Shown piece by piece: positions 47,487 through 57,317 of a stretch of 64,000 nucleotides of DNA. The DNA comes from an uncultured Spirochaetota bacterium (GTDB taxonomy: Bacteria; Spirochaetota; Spirochaetia; SZUA-6; Fen-1364): contig CAWJSK010000013.1 in the NCBI GenBank assembly GCA_963845535.1, positions 160,001 to 224,000 on the forward strand, given 5' to 3'. Numbering within the stretch: position 1 is the stretch's first letter; the number at the start of each line of letters is the position of its first letter. Made by a program: the position numbers and the translations under genes. The notes under the pieces were generated by a model, which made no database searches, was not told the DNA's origin, and saw nothing but the letters and a program-made list of their open reading frames with translations.

Positions 47487-48701
47487 ATGCAATACTTCAC
47501 GATCCAGGCGCGCAGCAACAGGGAAGCGATCGAAAAGATGAAGCTCACCTACGGGGACGACGCGCGCATCCTCACGCATCGAAGCGTGCGCCTCGGAGGC
47601 TTCCTCGGCATGTTTGCCCAGGAGGGCGTGGAGGTGACCGGGTACCTCTCCGATGATGGCGCGAGGAAAAGGAAGGCCGACGTGGAGGAAGAGAAGAAGC
47701 GCATCCTCGAATCCGTGAAAAAGGAACAGGGCCTCCAGGTCCTTCTCAAGGAGATCCAGGGTTTGCGGGAATCCCTCGACGCGCGCGCCATGGCGGTGGC
47801 CGTTTCCGAGATCTCCCCCGGCAACAGCCTGCATCCCTCCCTTGCGAAGATGGAGGACTTGCTCGCGGCAAACGATTTTTCCGAGGAGTTCATCGCCGCC
47901 CTGCGGGAGAAGGCGAAGAAGGAGTTCTCCCTCGACGCGCTGGAGAACTACCCGACGCTCATGGCCTCCGTGCTGGAATGGATCGGGGAGAGGATCGATA
48001 TAGACCAGCCGCTTCGCATCGCGGGGAAAGGGACGAAGATCCTCATCATCGTGGGCCCGACCGGTGTGGGCAAGACCACCACCATCGCCAAGCTCGCTGC
48101 CATTCACGGAATTGGAGATGGCCGGCAGTCCCCCAGAAAAGTCCGCATCATAACAATTGACAACTACCGCATTGCCGCAAAGCAGCAGATCGAGACGTAC
48201 GCGGAGATCATGCGCATCCCCGTGAGCCTGGTGGAGAGCGCCGCCGACCTGCAGAAATGCCTCGCGCTCAACCAGGACGCCGAGCTGATCCTCATTGACA
48301 CCATCGGGCGCAGCCCGCGCGACCTTGCAAAGCTTGCCGAGATGAAGGAAATTCTTTCCGCCTGCGGGAGCCAGGCGAGCGTGTACCTGGCCCTCGCCGC
48401 CACGACCAAGGCAAGCGACACGGAGGAAATCCTGCGGCAGTTCGAGCCCTTCGGCTATCGGGCCGTCGTGCTGACGAAGCTGGATGAGACGATGAGGATC
48501 GGCAACATCATTTCGTGCCTTTCTCGCCTGCGAAAGCCGATTGCCTACCTGTGCGACGGTCAGGGAGTGCCCCAGGACATCCAGGAAGCGGGAGTGGTCC
48601 GGTTGCTCATGAACATGGAAGGCTTTCGCGTCGATCGGGAGAGCCTGGAAAAAAGATTCGCACGAGGGGCTGCGGCCGCGCCCCTGGGCAAGGGGGCCTG
48701 A
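47487..48701 (+). CDS. flhF: SRP-family GTPase FlhF
   Basis: [33 protein letters not shown]. Confidence 0.95.
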   Translation: MQYFTIQARSNREAIEKMKLTYGDDARILTHRSVRLGGFLGMFAQEGVEVTGYLSDDGARKRKADVEEEKKRILESVKKEQGLQVLLKEIQGLRESLDARAMAVAVSEISPGNSLHPSLAKMEDLLAANDFSEEFIAALREKAKKEFSLDALENYPTLMASVLEWIGERIDIDQPLRIAGKGTKILIIVGPTGVGKTTTIAKLAAIHGIGDGRQSPRKVRIITIDNYRIAAKQQIETYAEIMRIPVSLVESAADLQKCLALNQDAELILIDTIGRSPRDLAKLAEMKEILSACGSQASVYLALAATTKASDTEEILRQFEPFGYRAVVLTKLDETMRIGNIISCLSRLRKPIAYLCDGQGVPQDIQEAGVVRLLMNMEGFRVDRESLEKRFARGAAAAPLGKGA

Positions 48702-48703
48702 AC

Positions 48704-49615
48704 ATGGCAGACCAGGCGCAAAAGTTGCGGGAGCTCGTGGGCGCCGGAGGGGCGTCGACCTCCGCTCGCAAGGAAAAAGGAGCCGCGGGATCCCAGGGGC
48801 AGGAGGCGAGAAAAGCCACCCGGATCATTGCCGTATCAAGCGGAAAAGGCGGGGTGGGAAAGACGAATATCGCCATCAACCTCGCGCTGGCATACGCGCA
48901 GGCGGGCAAGAAAGTGATCGTGATGGACGCGGACCTGGGACTGGCCAACGTGAACGTCGTCCTCGGGGTCATCCCCCGGTACAACCTCTATCACCTCATA
49001 CGGAAACAGAAGACGCTCGCGGAGATCCTGGTGGAGACGAGCTACGGGATCAAGATCATTGCCGGGGCTTCCGGCTTCTCCAAGATCGCCAACCTCTCGG
49101 AAGAGGAGCGCAAGGACTTCATTGCAGAGCTCGCGGCCCTTTCCAACGCGGACGTCCTCATCATCGATTGCGCCGCGGGGGTGTCCAACAACGTCATCTC
49201 TTTCATCGCGGCCGCTGATGACGCCCTGATCGTGACGACTCCCGAGCCCACTGCCATTACCGACGCGTACGGGATCATCAAGATCATCGCCACGGAGATC
49301 GACAACCTCGACCTCGGCCTCAAGCTCGTGGTCAACAGGGTGAAGTCCGTCGTGGAGGGGAAGAAGGTGGCGGAAAGGGTCATCACCATCGCCGGCCAGT
49401 TCCTCAACCTCAAGGTGGACTACCTGGGGTTCGTGTATGATGATCCGGTTGTCCACAGCTCGGTGGTGCGGCAGAAGCCTTTCCTCATTTACGACCCGAA
49501 AGCGAAGGCCTCCGTCTGCATCCGCCACCTGCTGGGCAGGCTCGAGCATTTCGATTACCGGGACGGGAAAGGAGTCCCTGTTTTCCTCAAGAAACTCTTT
49601 GGAGGCGGGAAATAG
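48704..49615 (+). CDS. flhG: MinD-like ATPase FlhG
   Basis: DQAQKLR, SGKGGVGKT, DADLGLAN, TPEPTAITDAY. Confidence 0.94.
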   Translation: MADQAQKLRELVGAGGASTSARKEKGAAGSQGQEARKATRIIAVSSGKGGVGKTNIAINLALAYAQAGKKVIVMDADLGLANVNVVLGVIPRYNLYHLIRKQKTLAEILVETSYGIKIIAGASGFSKIANLSEEERKDFIAELAALSNADVLIIDCAAGVSNNVISFIAAADDALIVTTPEPTAITDAYGIIKIIATEIDNLDLGLKLVVNRVKSVVEGKKVAERVITIAGQFLNLKVDYLGFVYDDPVVHSSVVRQKPFLIYDPKAKASVCIRHLLGRLEHFDYRDGKGVPVFLKKLFGGGK

Positions 49616-49636
49616 GCTGGTTCCGGAAGGGGTTTG

Positions 49637-49665
49637 TTGACTCTCAGCCGTGTTTCCCCTACTGT
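49637..49665 (+). promoter_or_regulatory. sigma70 promoter upstream of the flgV-like gene and fliA
   Basis: TTGACT-17 bp-TACTGT. Confidence 0.55.
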
Positions 49666-49684
49666 AAGGAAGGGGGGTCGGTCC

Positions 49685-50494
49685 GTGAAGGACTTCATGA
49701 GGGGATTCGGAAAGATGGCCGGGTTTGCTGCTGCCGGCGCCTTTCTTCTTTCCCTGGCGGTGGGTCTTGTCAGCCGCAACCCCTTCGGCGTGGCGCTGGC
49801 AAGGGCTTTTCTTTTTGCTGTCCTCTTTGCAGGCCTGGCAGCCGGGGCCCGGTATATAATTACGAAATACCTGCCTGAGCTGGCTACCAATGCGCCACCG
49901 AGAGCGGAAGGCGCAAGAGGCCAGAACGTGGATATCACGCTGCCTGAGGAGCGCCCCGCCCCGGCGGGTCGGGCAAGCGCATACGCCCGCGAATCGGCTG
50001 AGTCGGCGCGGCGGACGGGCGCCGGGGAAGAACCGGAAACGGCGCTTGGGGAGTCGTCGGGGGAAGAGGGTGAGAGCCTCGGTGCAGAAACGCCTGCGCT
50101 CGACCTGGAGCAGCCGCACGCTGGTGGGAGCGCGGACGTCCTCGGGGACGAGCTTGATGACGTGCTTCCGCCCCTGACGGAGGACGGATATGCGGCGGAC
50201 GCGGACCGGGCCGAGGCCTCGGATGAGAGCGCGGAGCCGGTCGAAGAGGCCGAAAGCGTCTCGGAGGAAGGTTCGCGGGGACTTTCAGAGGAGCAGTCGG
50301 CTTCCGGAATCGAAGGGGAGCTCGGTCAGCTTCCTGACATCTCCTCTCTTGGGGAGCCTCCCTCCACGCCCCGAGCCCCACGGAGGTCCGAGTCGAAGCC
50401 GGAAGACGAAATGAAGGGAGCCCTTGGCAGCCGGGACCCTGCAACACTGGCGCGGGCTATCCGCACGGTCTTGAAACGAGAGGAAAAGGGATAG
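49685..50494 (+). CDS. flgV: FlgV-like membrane protein (two TMs, acidic disordered linker, C-terminal helix)
   Basis: Architecture and position between flhG and fliA. Symbol assigned from synteny and architecture, not from alignment. Confidence 0.6.
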   Translation: MKDFMRGFGKMAGFAAAGAFLLSLAVGLVSRNPFGVALARAFLFAVLFAGLAAGARYIITKYLPELATNAPPRAEGARGQNVDITLPEERPAPAGRASAYARESAESARRTGAGEEPETALGESSGEEGESLGAETPALDLEQPHAGGSADVLGDELDDVLPPLTEDGYAADADRAEASDESAEPVEEAESVSEEGSRGLSEEQSASGIEGELGQLPDISSLGEPPSTPRAPRRSESKPEDEMKGALGSRDPATLARAIRTVLKREEKG

Positions 50495-50501
50495 AGGAAG
50501 A

Positions 50502-51290
50502 ATGGCTGACAGCCGCTGGGATGGCAAGTCCGAAGAGGATCTCTGGAAGGTCTACCGCCGCACGAAGGACCAGAAGCTGAGGGACTTCTTCGTGAGGCAG
50601 TACGCTCCCCTGGTGAAGTACGTGGCGGGAAAGATCGCCCTGGGGATGCCTCAGAACGTCGAGTTCGACGACCTGGTCGGTTTCGGGGTCTTCGGACTGT
50701 TCGACGCCATCGACAAGTTTGATCCGGGCAAGCACGTGAAGTTCAAGACCTACGCCGTCACCAGGATCCGCGGCGCCATCTTCGACGAGCTTCGCACCAT
50801 CGACTGGGTGCCTCGCTCGGTTCGCCAGAAGGCGCGGGAGGTGGAGGAGACGGTGCGGCGCCTGGAATCCTCCCTGGGTCGGGCCGCTTCGGATGAAGAG
50901 ATAGCCCTCGGCATGGAGATGGACCTCAAGGATTTCCAGCAGATGATGCTGAAGATCAGCGGCACCTCAATGCTGTCCCTTCATGACATCTGGTACACGG
51001 GAGAAGACAACGACAAGATCTCCATCGCGGAAAGCATCGAAAGCCCGGGAAGCCTCAACCCGGACACGATTGTCGAGAAGGAGGAGATCAAGCGGGTCAT
51101 CGTTGACGCCATCAAAGAGCTTCCGGAAAAAGAAAAGAAGGTGCTCGTGCTCTACTATTATGAAGACCTCACCTTGAAAGAGATCGGAGAGGTGCTCGCG
51201 GTGACCGAGAGCAGGGTTTCGCAGCTTCACACAAAGGCGGTGATGCGCCTGCGGGCAAAATTGACGAGCTTCAAGAGGGGGCTTGTCTAG
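50502..51290 (+). CDS. fliA: Flagellar sigma factor sigma28 (FliA/WhiG)
   Basis: [38 protein letters not shown]. Confidence 0.95.
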   Translation: MADSRWDGKSEEDLWKVYRRTKDQKLRDFFVRQYAPLVKYVAGKIALGMPQNVEFDDLVGFGVFGLFDAIDKFDPGKHVKFKTYAVTRIRGAIFDELRTIDWVPRSVRQKAREVEETVRRLESSLGRAASDEEIALGMEMDLKDFQQMMLKISGTSMLSLHDIWYTGEDNDKISIAESIESPGSLNPDTIVEKEEIKRVIVDAIKELPEKEKKVLVLYYYEDLTLKEIGEVLAVTESRVSQLHTKAVMRLRAKLTSFKRGLV

Positions 51291-51301
51291 AGGAAAAGAC
51301 C

Positions 51302-53260
51302 ATGGCCGGCACCATCAACCTGGAGCAAATCCAGGATTACATGAGGAGACAGTCGGAAGAGGACGCGAAAAACCGCACTCTCACGCTGGAAGCCGAAAGC
51401 GTGACGGAAGCGCTCAAGCGGGCCTCCATCGAGCTTTCCCTTCCCATCCGCGAGCTGGAATATGAAGTGCTGGACAAGGGCAGCGCCGGGACGCTCGGTG
51501 TCGGGAAAAAGCCCTGGAAAGTCCACGTCTACGAGAAGTCCCGCCCGGTGAAGACGGCCGTGGAAGCGGCCGAGGAAGAGCGTCGCAGGGCTGAGGCCGC
51601 GGTGCGGGAGCCGGAGCGTCCCCGTGATCTTCCCGGCGAGGTGTTCGTGCGCATGGGGAGCGAAGGCGCCTTCCTCAAGGTCACAAAGCCGCAAGGCAGG
51701 GGGCCGCGGGCATCCGAGGTCATGGCCTTCGAGAAGCTTTCCCTGCGCGGCGTGGCCAACTATGACACCTCGCTCGTGTCCCGGGTGGTCAAGCACGCGG
51801 ACGGTGAGTACATCCGCGTCGCGGACATCCGCTATGATCCCTCGCATGACGCAACCGTGTCCATCGAGATAACCGACGGGGAGATGAAAGCGGTCATCGT
51901 CGTGACCGAGCCTGGCCCGGGAGGGGCGGACGTCTCGGTGGACTTCCTGGAGAGCTTCCTCCAGTCCAAAGGCGTGGTCTTCGGCGTGAAGGAGGATGCG
52001 CTCCGGGAGTTCGAGTCCTCTCCGCGCTACGGACGGCCCGTGGTGGTGGCGGAGGGCGCGAAGGCGAGAGACGGGGCGGATGCCCGCATTACGTACGCCT
52101 TCAAGGGCCAGAGGGAATCGGTCAAGCTGAAAGAGCGGGACGGCAGGGTCGATTTCAAGGACATCTCCAGAGTCGAAAACGTCGTCGTAGGGCAGCTCCT
52201 TGCCAGCAAGGTCCCCGCGGAGCCGGGCCAGCCGGGACAGACCGTCACCGGAAAGCAGATCCCCGCGGAGAAGGGCAAGGACTGCGACCTTGCCGTGGGG
52301 AAGAACGTGAAGCTCTCGGAGGACGGGCTTTCAGCCCTGGCGGAGACGAACGGCCAGGTCCTTCTCCTGGGGGGCAAGGTCAACGTGGAGCCCATCTATA
52401 CGGTGGCCGGGAACGTCGACCTGCGCACGGGGAACGTCCTCTTCCTCGGCACTGTCGTGGTGCGGGGCAACGTGGAGGACGGCTTCGCCGTCAAAGCAGC
52501 CGGCAACATAGAAGTCTTCGGGAGCGTCGGGAAATGCACCCTGGACGCCGAAGGGGACATCGTCGTGCACCAGGGAATTGCCGCAAAGACGGAGGGCAAG
52601 GTGCGCTGCGGCAGGAGCCTCTACTCGAAGTTCATCGAGCATGCGCACGTGGACGCCGGGGAAAACGTCGTGGTCACCGACGGCATCGTCCACTCATTTG
52701 TCGACGCAAACAAGATGATCCTCTGCCAGGGCAAGAGGGCTCAGATCGTCGGCGGACGCCTGCGGGCGTCGGAGGAGATCAACTCGAAGATCCTGGGGTC
52801 GGTGGCGGGGACGGAGACGCTGCTCGAGGTGGGATACGACCCGCGGAGCAAGGAGAGGCTCGTCCAGCTTGAAACGACGCGGCGGGAAACGGAGAAATCC
52901 CTGGAAGAGGTCGAGCTGAACATCAAGACCCTGGAGACGCTCCAGAAGGCGCAGAGGAAGCTGCCGCCGGAGAAGGCGCAGTATCTCAGCGAGCAGAGCG
53001 AAAAACGCTCCCTGCTCCTGGGGCAGCTTGAGGAGGGGACCAGGGAAATCGCCACCATCAACACCTATCTCGCCTCCCTCAACACCATTGGAAAGATTTC
53101 CGCCTCGGAGAGGGTCTTCCCGGGCGTGAAGCTCGCAATCAAGAACGCCAGCCTGGCCGTGCGCACGGAGTTCAAGTTCGTCACTTTCTTCCTCCAGGGC
53201 GGCGAGGTGAAAGTGACCAAGTATGAAGTATTCGACGAAGAGCTGATGAAGAGACACTGA
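51302..53260 (+). CDS. fapA: FapA (DUF342) protein with N-terminal Jag_N-like domain
   Basis: AESVTEAL...EVLDKG..G.LG (Jag_N-like); G.TVTG, VDLRTGNV.F.G.V, IVGG. Confidence 0.8.
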   Translation: MAGTINLEQIQDYMRRQSEEDAKNRTLTLEAESVTEALKRASIELSLPIRELEYEVLDKGSAGTLGVGKKPWKVHVYEKSRPVKTAVEAAEEERRRAEAAVREPERPRDLPGEVFVRMGSEGAFLKVTKPQGRGPRASEVMAFEKLSLRGVANYDTSLVSRVVKHADGEYIRVADIRYDPSHDATVSIEITDGEMKAVIVVTEPGPGGADVSVDFLESFLQSKGVVFGVKEDALREFESSPRYGRPVVVAEGAKARDGADARITYAFKGQRESVKLKERDGRVDFKDISRVENVVVGQLLASKVPAEPGQPGQTVTGKQIPAEKGKDCDLAVGKNVKLSEDGLSALAETNGQVLLLGGKVNVEPIYTVAGNVDLRTGNVLFLGTVVVRGNVEDGFAVKAAGNIEVFGSVGKCTLDAEGDIVVHQGIAAKTEGKVRCGRSLYSKFIEHAHVDAGENVVVTDGIVHSFVDANKMILCQGKRAQIVGGRLRASEEINSKILGSVAGTETLLEVGYDPRSKERLVQLETTRRETEKSLEEVELNIKTLETLQKAQRKLPPEKAQYLSEQSEKRSLLLGQLEEGTREIATINTYLASLNTIGKISASERVFPGVKLAIKNASLAVRTEFKFVTFFLQGGEVKVTKYEVFDEELMKRH

Positions 53261-53261
53261 G

Positions 53262-53588
53262 ATGCCGCTGCTGCCGATCGACCTGCAGACCCTTTTCTCC
53301 CAGACCAACCAGGTTGGCAGGGATCAGGCCGTCCAGAAGGAGGCCACGCTCCAGGCGCAGTCTCTGCAGGGGTCGCAACTGGTCCAGAAGACCGAGCAGC
53401 GGGACAACGCGGTGAACGAGACGCAGCAGCAGCAGCAGGGGCCGGAGCAGGTCAAGGCCCGCTTGCGCAGGGAAGCCGGCGGTCGACGGGAAAGAGAAAG
53501 AAAGGGAAAAACCCCGGCCAAACCCGCGCCGCGCACCGACGTCTTCCGTGATCCCGAGCTGGGCAGAAACATTGACGTGACGGGCTGA
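53262..53588 (+). CDS. Hypothetical Gln-rich protein following fapA
   Basis: PIDLQT N-terminus and DPELGRNIDVTG C-terminus; 1-bp gap after fapA. Confidence 0.75.
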   Translation: MPLLPIDLQTLFSQTNQVGRDQAVQKEATLQAQSLQGSQLVQKTEQRDNAVNETQQQQQGPEQVKARLRREAGGRRERERKGKTPAKPAPRTDVFRDPELGRNIDVTG

Positions 53589-53592
53589 CCCC

Positions 53593-54258
53593 ATGTGGTA
53601 TACCGTTGTCATCACCCTCGTTGTCGATGTCGGCGGTCTCCTCCTCGTCTACACGCTCCTTCGGGACCGCGTGCGGCGCGCCACGAGCGCCGCGGCGCAG
53701 ATGGCTGAGCTTCGCGAAGAGGTGAGCCGGCTGGTGGTGGAGCTGAACCAGACCACGGAGCGCAACGTCGCGCTGCTGGAGGACCGGATATCCGGGCTCA
53801 GCGACTTGCTTGCCGCGGCGGACCGCAAGATCGCGTTGTTGCAGCGAGAGATCGAGAAGCATGACGTGGGGGTGAAGGTTTACAGCAAGCTCGCGGAGGG
53901 CGCGTCCAGTTCGGCAGCGCCGCAGCGCCAGGGGCCTTCGCGGGAAACGCTCCTGCGTGAGGCACTCCCGCAGGAGGCGCCTCCGCGGCAGGAGCCCCCA
54001 CGGCAGGAGCCTCGGCTTTCCGTGGAGCTGTCCGAGCGCGTTGAGGAGGGCCGGAAGCGGACGGAGCCCAGCGCGGGGGCGCCATCGCCAAAGGCGGATG
54101 TGCATCAGAAAGTCGTCATGTTGAGCCGATCGGGATTTTCCGCGCCGCTCATCGCGGCGCGCGTGGGGATGCCTTTGGGAGAAGTCGAGCTAATCATTTC
54201 CCTTGAACGCCAGAGGATGTCGCAGGCCTCGGAGCGGCAGGGAGAGGAGCCGGCGTGA
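53593..54258 (+). CDS. Membrane-anchored coiled-coil protein with C-terminal HTH-like domain (DUF2802/DUF6115, SwrB-like)
   Basis: TM, coiled coil, QEPPR repeats, GFS...IA...G...GEVELI. Confidence 0.7.
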   Translation: MWYTVVITLVVDVGGLLLVYTLLRDRVRRATSAAAQMAELREEVSRLVVELNQTTERNVALLEDRISGLSDLLAAADRKIALLQREIEKHDVGVKVYSKLAEGASSSAAPQRQGPSRETLLREALPQEAPPRQEPPRQEPRLSVELSERVEEGRKRTEPSAGAPSPKADVHQKVVMLSRSGFSAPLIAARVGMPLGEVELIISLERQRMSQASERQGEEPA

Positions 54259-54274
54259 CGCGTGAGGCCCGTCA

Positions 54275-54754
54275 ATGATGATGCGCTACGTGTCTTTCCT
54301 CCTCGGGGCAGGTCATTACTGCGTACCGGTGGACCAGGTGATGCAGATCGTGCGGCCCGAAGGCATCATGGAGGTGCCGCAGGCGCCGCCTTTCGTGACC
54401 GGGGTGATAAACCTTCGCGGCGACGTGGTGCCTGTCCTTGATCTGAAGCAGCGCCTCGGAATGGACTCCGAGCCGGGTGCGCAACCGCAGGCGGTGACGC
54501 AGGCGGTGACGCGCGCGGCATCACGGGCGCGGGTTGTCGTGGTCAGGTCCGGCAACCGCCTGTGCGGGCTGGAGGTAGACGACGTGCGGGAGATCGTCGC
54601 CATCGATGAATCAACGGAGGAGGCTCGCGTGCCGGACGCGCAGGGGCGGTTCGTACGGGGCGTTACGCATCGAGACGGGAGCGTCTTCCTCATCCTGGAC
54701 CTGCAGCGCATCATGAGCGCCGGCAGGGACCTCGCGGCCGCGGGACCGGCGTGA
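54275..54754 (+). CDS. cheW: Chemotaxis adaptor CheW
   Basis: VPQAPPFVTGVINLRGDVVPVLDL, GLEVDDV. Confidence 0.92.
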   Translation: MMMRYVSFLLGAGHYCVPVDQVMQIVRPEGIMEVPQAPPFVTGVINLRGDVVPVLDLKQRLGMDSEPGAQPQAVTQAVTRAASRARVVVVRSGNRLCGLEVDDVREIVAIDESTEEARVPDAQGRFVRGVTHRDGSVFLILDLQRIMSAGRDLAAAGPA

Positions 54755-54755
54755 G

Positions 54756-56843
54756 ATGCTCGGCGTGACCGGCTCGGATGATGCCAGGCTCAAGCGCGCT
54801 TTCCTCGAGGAAGGCGAGGAGCTGGTCCAGAAGCTCAGCGAATCCCTGACTGCGCTGGAACGGTCACCGGACAACGACGTTGTAAACGAGATATTCCGCC
54901 TTACGCACTCCCTGAAGTCGGAGTCCGCGCTCATGGGCTACGCCTCACTGTCGCGGCTCGCGCACGCAATGGAAGACGTCCTTGGAATGATCAGAGGGGG
55001 GACGCTCGCGCTTGGAAAGGACGTTGTCGACCTGCTGGTGGCGGGCGCAGATCGTTCGGCCGTGATGATGAGCGAGATATCCCGCGAGGGACGGGAAACC
55101 GAAGCGGGGACCTCTGATCTGGTCCACGACTTGTCCGTCCTTGCGGGGAGCGGCGCGCAGGATGGCGCGGGTCTTCCGACCGCCGTTTCGGTTGCCAGTC
55201 AGGGGCCGGACGGCTCGGCCGGGGAGCCGCTTTTCGACGAGATGGAGCTTCGCAGGATGGATGAGGCAAGGGACCGCGGCGAATCCCTTGTCCGCCTGAG
55301 CGTGACGGTGGTCCCTGACGAGCCCATGAAGTTCGCGCGGGCGTTCCTCGTCTTCAGCAACCTCGAGCAGGTGGTGAATGTCATTCGGGTGGTCCCCCCG
55401 CTGGATGGGGAACCGGTGGAGGACTTCCGCTACGCGCGCACGGTCTTCTACCTCACGGCGCCGCCGGGAGACAACCTGATCACGGGAGCCTCTTGTGTGG
55501 ACCAGATTGCCCGAGCGGTGATCGAGCGAATTGACTTCCCGGGTCGTCTCGGCGAGGGAACGCAGGTCGGGGCCGCGGATTCCGCGTACGGGGGAGACTC
55601 CGGCTTCGCGCGCGGGGAATCCGCGTCCGGAAGCGAATCCACCGCGGCGAACAAGCCCGTCGAAAAAGCCTCCATCCGCGTCGACACACGCAAGCTCGAC
55701 GAGCTGTGGAGCTTTGTGGCGGAGCTGGTCCTGCACAAGGCGCACATTTCCCGCCTTTCGGACGGCGTGGCCCGAGGCATGGATGCATCCCTGATCCGGG
55801 AAGAGCTCGTGGAGTCCTCCGACTCCCTGGAAAAGCTCTCCAGCGGAATGCAGCAAGCCATGCGCGACACGCGCATGATCCCGATATCGATCATCTTCAA
55901 CAAGTTCCCGCGCCTCGTGCGTGACCTCTCGCGAAAGCTCGAAAAGCCCGTGGAGCTGACGCTCTCCGGGGAAGACACGGAGATCGACAGGAGCATCATC
56001 GAGCCGCTTTCGGATCCCCTGACGCACATCATCCGCAACTCCCTCGATCATGGGATCGAGTTTCCCGAGGAGCGCGTGCGCCTCGGAAAGCCGGAGAAAG
56101 GGAGGATCACGGTGAGCGCGCGTCGCCAGGGCGGGACCATCGTGATCGAGCTTGCGGATGACGGCAAGGGGCTGGACACCGAGCGCATCCGGAGCAAGGC
56201 CATCAGCCTCGGGATCTCCGGCGCCGCTTCCCTGGGTGAAATGCAGCTTCGTGAGCTCATTTTCCTTCCCGGGTTCAGCACACGGGACGTCGTGACGGAC
56301 GTGTCGGGCCGGGGGGTCGGCATGGACGTGGTGGCAACCCGGATCCGCAACGAGCTTCGCGGCGACGTCGAGCTTGCAAGCGAGCCGGGAAAGGGGACGA
56401 GGATCATCCTGAGGCTCCCGTTGACGCTCACCATCGTGAACTCCCTCCTCGTGGCGGACCACGAGGAGGACCACGCTCACGTCTACGCCATCCCGCTGGC
56501 GGACCTGGACAGCACTGCCAAGATCACCGCGGCCGAAATGTCCCTGGAGGAGGGTGGGGAGACCGCGCCGTGGATGGGAGAGCAGATACCCGTTCACAGC
56601 ATGGCCGGCCTCCTGGGGCGGGAACGCACGCCTCGGGAGGAGTATTTCGCGGTGGTCCTGCGTCACGGGACACGTCGCGGCTTCCTCATCGTGGACGAGC
56701 TCATCGAGGAGCGAGAGATCGTCATCAAGCCCGTCGACGACCTGGTGAATCCGTCGCGGCTGTTTTCCGGTGTCTCCATCCTCGACGACGGAAGACTTGT
56801 TTTCATGCTTGACACGTCATTCCTCAGGCGCGACTATTTTTGA
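54756..56843 (+). CDS. cheA: Chemotaxis histidine kinase CheA
   Basis: IFRLTHSLK (Hpt), HIIRNSLDHG, DDGKG, PGFST, SGRGVGMDVV, CheW-like C-terminus. Confidence 0.94.
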   Translation: MLGVTGSDDARLKRAFLEEGEELVQKLSESLTALERSPDNDVVNEIFRLTHSLKSESALMGYASLSRLAHAMEDVLGMIRGGTLALGKDVVDLLVAGADRSAVMMSEISREGRETEAGTSDLVHDLSVLAGSGAQDGAGLPTAVSVASQGPDGSAGEPLFDEMELRRMDEARDRGESLVRLSVTVVPDEPMKFARAFLVFSNLEQVVNVIRVVPPLDGEPVEDFRYARTVFYLTAPPGDNLITGASCVDQIARAVIERIDFPGRLGEGTQVGAADSAYGGDSGFARGESASGSESTAANKPVEKASIRVDTRKLDELWSFVAELVLHKAHISRLSDGVARGMDASLIREELVESSDSLEKLSSGMQQAMRDTRMIPISIIFNKFPRLVRDLSRKLEKPVELTLSGEDTEIDRSIIEPLSDPLTHIIRNSLDHGIEFPEERVRLGKPEKGRITVSARRQGGTIVIELADDGKGLDTERIRSKAISLGISGAASLGEMQLRELIFLPGFSTRDVVTDVSGRGVGMDVVATRIRNELRGDVELASEPGKGTRIILRLPLTLTIVNSLLVADHEEDHAHVYAIPLADLDSTAKITAAEMSLEEGGETAPWMGEQIPVHSMAGLLGRERTPREEYFAVVLRHGTRRGFLIVDELIEEREIVIKPVDDLVNPSRLFSGVSILDDGRLVFMLDTSFLRRDYF

Positions 56844-56844
56844 C

Positions 56845-57213
56845 ATGGGAGCGACCATCCTCATCGCGGATGATCTCAGCTTCATGCGGATGATCCAGAG
56901 GGAGATCCTCACTGAGAGGGGCTACACGGTCGTCGGTGAGGCGACTGACGGGATTGACGCAGTGAACAAGTTCCAGAGCCTGAACCCTGACCTCGTTCTC
57001 CTGGACATCACCATGCCCAACATGAATGGGTTGGAGGCAATGCGCAGAATTTTCGCGATCAACCCGAAGGCGAGGGTGATCATGTGCTCGGCGCTCGGCC
57101 AGCAGAGCCTGATTGTCGAAGCCATTCGGGCGGGGGTGAAGGACTTCATCGTCAAGCCATTCAAGCCTGAACGCATCCTGTCCGCCATCGACAAGGCGCT
57201 GCGCAGCTCCTGA
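56845..57213 (+). CDS. cheY: Chemotaxis response regulator CheY
   Basis: ADD, LDITMP, CSALGQ, VKPF; standalone receiver after cheA. Confidence 0.9.
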   Translation: MGATILIADDLSFMRMIQREILTERGYTVVGEATDGIDAVNKFQSLNPDLVLLDITMPNMNGLEAMRRIFAINPKARVIMCSALGQQSLIVEAIRAGVKDFIVKPFKPERILSAIDKALRSS

Positions 57214-57222
57214 TCTCGGGAC

Positions 57223-57260
57223 AAAAAAAACGGTATGCCTGGACGTCAAGAGCATACCGT
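57223..57260 (-). terminator. Intrinsic terminator of the pbp-maf operon, possibly bidirectional
   Basis: ACGGTATGC/GCATACCGT stem with an A8 run on + (T-run on -) between convergent cheY and maf. Confidence 0.75.
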
Positions 57261-57317
57261 ATTTCGAACCGAGGAACTTGTCCTCAACAAAGAAGATCGG
57301 CCGGGCGCCCAGAACCT

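Noticed and set aside
57261..57317. Separate sRNA in the cheY-maf gap
   Set aside because: Only a 5-bp hairpin (GAGGA/TCCTC) beyond the terminator and no promoter; an ordinary 3' UTR explains it.
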